NCBI GenBank assembly: GCA_011364905.1
Contig: RDNZ01000015.1
Location: forward strand, 1 to 51,659
From: Candidatus Thorarchaeota archaeon
Lineage (GTDB): Archaea; Asgardarchaeota; Thorarchaeia; Thorarchaeales; Thorarchaeaceae
DNA: 51,659 bases
Direction of reading: 5' to 3'
This document shows, one piece after another, positions 49,084 through 51,659 of this stretch (position 1 is the stretch's first letter; each line of letters starts with the position of its first letter). Both the position numbers and the translations under genes were made by a program. The notes under the pieces are model-generated. The model ran no database searches. It saw nothing but the letters and a program-made list of their open reading frames with translations, and was not told the origin of the DNA.

Positions 49084-50166
49084 ATGTCTGAAGTGAAAAT
49101 TGACTGGAAGATCGGTTGCTTGATATTCCTGTTTGTACTGATAATGGCTTCTTTATTCTTGTATGTGTTCGGATTTACTCCATATGAACTATCTGTGAGA
49201 ATAGTCATGATTGTAATACCCATTTTTCTAGGACTTGGTTTGTATCTCGTGATAGCACAACTTATTGCAGTGACTTCAGTAAGTCCTAGACTTCCCAAGC
49301 TTTCACAAGTCTTCAGTATCAGGGACGCACCATTAACCAGGAATGAAGAATTATCGATTCTCGGTTTTTTGTGTGGTCTCATCCTCAGTCTACTAACATG
49401 GAGAATTCTAGGATCTCACGGGGCAGAGATAGGATTTAGATTAGCCATGTCTCTTGCAGCTTTCACCGCTGGTTTGGCAGGAGTACCATTTGCATATCTT
49501 TACGTTTCTTACGAACTGCAAGTAAGGCAAGAGGGGAAGAGTCCACCATCGCTGACAGCATTAGATTTGAGATCCTCAGGATTGTCCGAGTTTAGTTTGA
49601 AAGGAGTCCAGAATCTAGACCATATACAAAGTATCAGACTAGAACTCAACGAACTGAGAACAATCGACCTCAATCCTCTTAGAGGGAGCAATAGCCTTGT
49701 TGAGTTGGTTCTACACTCGAATCGCTTAGAAACCATTGATCTCTCACCACTAGCAACTTGTCCCAACTTGGATTATTTGGACCTCGCAGCAAACAATCTG
49801 AAAAGCGTAGACCTCACTCCACTCGCTTCTTGCACTAGACTAACAGCCCTAAACCTTGGAGGTAATCCAACTTCCGAGATTGACCTAAGCCCTCTCTCGG
49901 AATGTAGAGATCTGAAGATTCTGACTATAGATGATATGAAACTCACAGAAGTTGATCTATCCCCTCTGAGTGGTTTCAGAGAACTTGAGTTTCTGAAACT
50001 AAATGATAACCAGTTAGAATCTGTTGATATTTCACCGCTTTTTGAATGCGAAAAACTAGACTTACTAGAAATTGATAGAATAAAACTCACAACAACATTG
50101 ATTCGGGAGGTGGAGGACTGGCCTAAGGGTGTTAGAAAACATAGTAAGAGAATCAGCTCAGTCTAA
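49084..50166 (+). CDS. Membrane-anchored leucine-rich-repeat protein (4 TM + LRR)
   Basis: Four TMs, then an LRR domain collinear with 48060-48917, with shared cap WPKGVR. Confidence 0.88.
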   Translation: MSEVKIDWKIGCLIFLFVLIMASLFLYVFGFTPYELSVRIVMIVIPIFLGLGLYLVIAQLIAVTSVSPRLPKLSQVFSIRDAPLTRNEELSILGFLCGLILSLLTWRILGSHGAEIGFRLAMSLAAFTAGLAGVPFAYLYVSYELQVRQEGKSPPSLTALDLRSSGLSEFSLKGVQNLDHIQSIRLELNELRTIDLNPLRGSNSLVELVLHSNRLETIDLSPLATCPNLDYLDLAANNLKSVDLTPLASCTRLTALNLGGNPTSEIDLSPLSECRDLKILTIDDMKLTEVDLSPLSGFRELEFLKLNDNQLESVDISPLFECEKLDLLEIDRIKLTTTLIREVEDWPKGVRKHSKRISSV

Positions 50167-50248
50167 AAATCCCGGTACTATTTTTACCTAGAAATAACAA
50201 GTTATTATGAAGGACCAGGTTCCCTTTTTCTTCAGGAGTGAGGTAGAA

Positions 50249-51232
50249 TTGAAGATTGGAATCCAAATCGAACCTCAGATGGGGTATACCTACGAAGATA
50301 TAGTAACTCTTGCCAAGGCTTCCGAGAATGCAGGCTTCTACAGCTTCACGGTTTCGGATCACTTCTTTGGAAATCCTGAGAGTGTAGAGAAGCATGCTCA
50401 CGATGCATGGACTCTTCTTGCGTTATTGACTCCACAGACTGAGCGAATTCGTCTGGGAGTAGTTGTTACTTGTCAATCCTATAGGAATCCTGCACAATTG
50501 GCCAAAATCGTAGCGACTTTGGATAACGCATCGAATGGGAGAATAGACTTTGGTATCGGAGCAGGATGGAAGAGATCAGAGTATGAGGCATATGGCTACC
50601 CATTTCCATCCAACAAGACAAGAGTTCTCCAGCTGAGAGAGGCCATCCAAATAATCAACCTCCTCTGGACAGAAACAAGACCAAGCTTCGACGGTGAGTA
50701 TTATCGTATCAAAGAAACCATGTTCCTACCGAAACCTGTTCAGAAACCTCGCATTCCCATCTGGATTGGAACTCAAAAGTTGAAGGCTCCAATGATGGAA
50801 GAAATCATTGCACGTTATGCAGATGGACTGAACTATGATACCGAAACTCCAGAAGAACTACTAGAGAAGAAAAACCGAATGAGAAAAGCATGTGATAAGG
50901 TTGGACGCAATTTTAATGATCTGAAATGGTCTCTTTATCTATGCACATCTGTAATTGGGAAGGATGCGCATGATTTTGAAGCAAAGAAGAAGGAGCTCCT
51001 TAAACAGCACTGGTTGTTCGAGGAGATAACTGACAAGCAAAAACCGAACGTCCTCGAAGTTATGCTTACAAAGTACGTTTCGGGCACAGTAGATTCAGCT
51101 GTTGAGGATCTCTCCAAATACAGGAATGAAATAGACATCCTCATCTTGGGTCTTCCTATGGTTGGTGACCTTCGCAAGAACGGATTGTATACCATCAAGA
51201 TACTAAAAGACCATATCGTGCCTAGAACCTGA
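50249..51232 (+). CDS. LLM-class (probably F420-dependent) oxidoreductase
   Basis: VSDHF, DAWTLLA, YRNPAQLAK, SNGRIDFGIGAGW, PIWIG; start placed at the TTG after GGAGTGAGG. Confidence 0.9.
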   Translation: MKIGIQIEPQMGYTYEDIVTLAKASENAGFYSFTVSDHFFGNPESVEKHAHDAWTLLALLTPQTERIRLGVVVTCQSYRNPAQLAKIVATLDNASNGRIDFGIGAGWKRSEYEAYGYPFPSNKTRVLQLREAIQIINLLWTETRPSFDGEYYRIKETMFLPKPVQKPRIPIWIGTQKLKAPMMEEIIARYADGLNYDTETPEELLEKKNRMRKACDKVGRNFNDLKWSLYLCTSVIGKDAHDFEAKKKELLKQHWLFEEITDKQKPNVLEVMLTKYVSGTVDSAVEDLSKYRNEIDILILGLPMVGDLRKNGLYTIKILKDHIVPRT

Positions 51233-51369
51233 TTTTTAAGTATTAGGAACTCTGATAAAGCTTTTTTCATGTTTTTCGGGATTATGATGGTCGATAAGAT
51301 TTGTAAAAATCAAGGGTCCTTCATGGTCATTATATATTGATTCTTCGTTAGTCTTGTTCAGGTGTTATA

Positions 51370-51657
51370 ATGAACGCACGCATTGTAGAAACCCCCACGG
51401 GCGAACGGATTGTACTCAGCATAGTCCCACCCATGATCGAGGATGCGATAATGCTCTCCTTCGGTCACGCAATAATTGAATTTGAGGCCACTCTCTATGA
51501 AAAGTTCCTCCACCTGACATATGGTGTTGTTGTTACTTGTGACGAGTTCAAAGAATACCTACAAAACATGGAGGAAAGAGGGTTGATTGTTTCATCAGAG
51601 TTTCTTGGTAAACGCTGTTGGTCATGGAATCCCGAGATGAAACCAGACATCTACTAA
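51370..51657 (+). CDS. Small hypothetical protein, probable winged helix
   Basis: FKEYLQNMEERGLIV wHTH-like end; TATATATT upstream. Confidence 0.55.
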   Translation: MNARIVETPTGERIVLSIVPPMIEDAIMLSFGHAIIEFEATLYEKFLHLTYGVVVTCDEFKEYLQNMEERGLIVSSEFLGKRCWSWNPEMKPDIY

Positions 51658-51659
51658 GA

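Noticed and set aside
48300-50100. 66-nt periodic DNA repeats (ATCGATCTCTCTCC-like) as a DGR or non-coding array
   Set aside because: Explained by 22-aa LRR coding repeats; no reverse transcriptase or adenine-specific TR/VR pair seen

Overview
Gene-dense archaeal chromosomal segment with about 50 CDSs. GGTGA/GAGG ribosome-binding motifs, TATA-like boxes, split archaeal-type methylmalonyl-CoA mutase, LLM oxidoreductases, and many TPR, LRR and single-pass surface proteins suggest an Asgard archaeon, possibly Thorarchaeia; this taxonomy is inference only. Metabolic core: propionyl-CoA/methylmalonyl-CoA pathway (carboxyltransferase, biotin ligase, epimerase, mutase large and B12 subunits, MeaB), a ThDP enzyme-Zn dehydrogenase-SCP2 operon, a two-subunit CoA-transferase, a VAO/PCMH-type flavoprotein with a CCG Fe-S partner, threonine aldolase, cysteine synthase and RNase HIII. 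Most notable: (1) an NLR-like STAND NTPase with the ordered NB-ARC motif set including MHD, followed by an HNH nuclease; (2) tandem membrane-anchored LRR proteins built from a repeated 2-TM module, associated with a three-copy intergenic motif; (3) tandem Zn-ribbon proteins with Cys-rich tail anchors; (4) a structured 5' leader before a CARF/Csa3-like regulator; (5) a GrpB-family gene with an in-frame TGA that overlaps the aberrant 3' end of a duplicated surface-protein gene. No rRNA, tRNA, CRISPR array or transposase was recognised. All calls are from motif reading, without database searches.
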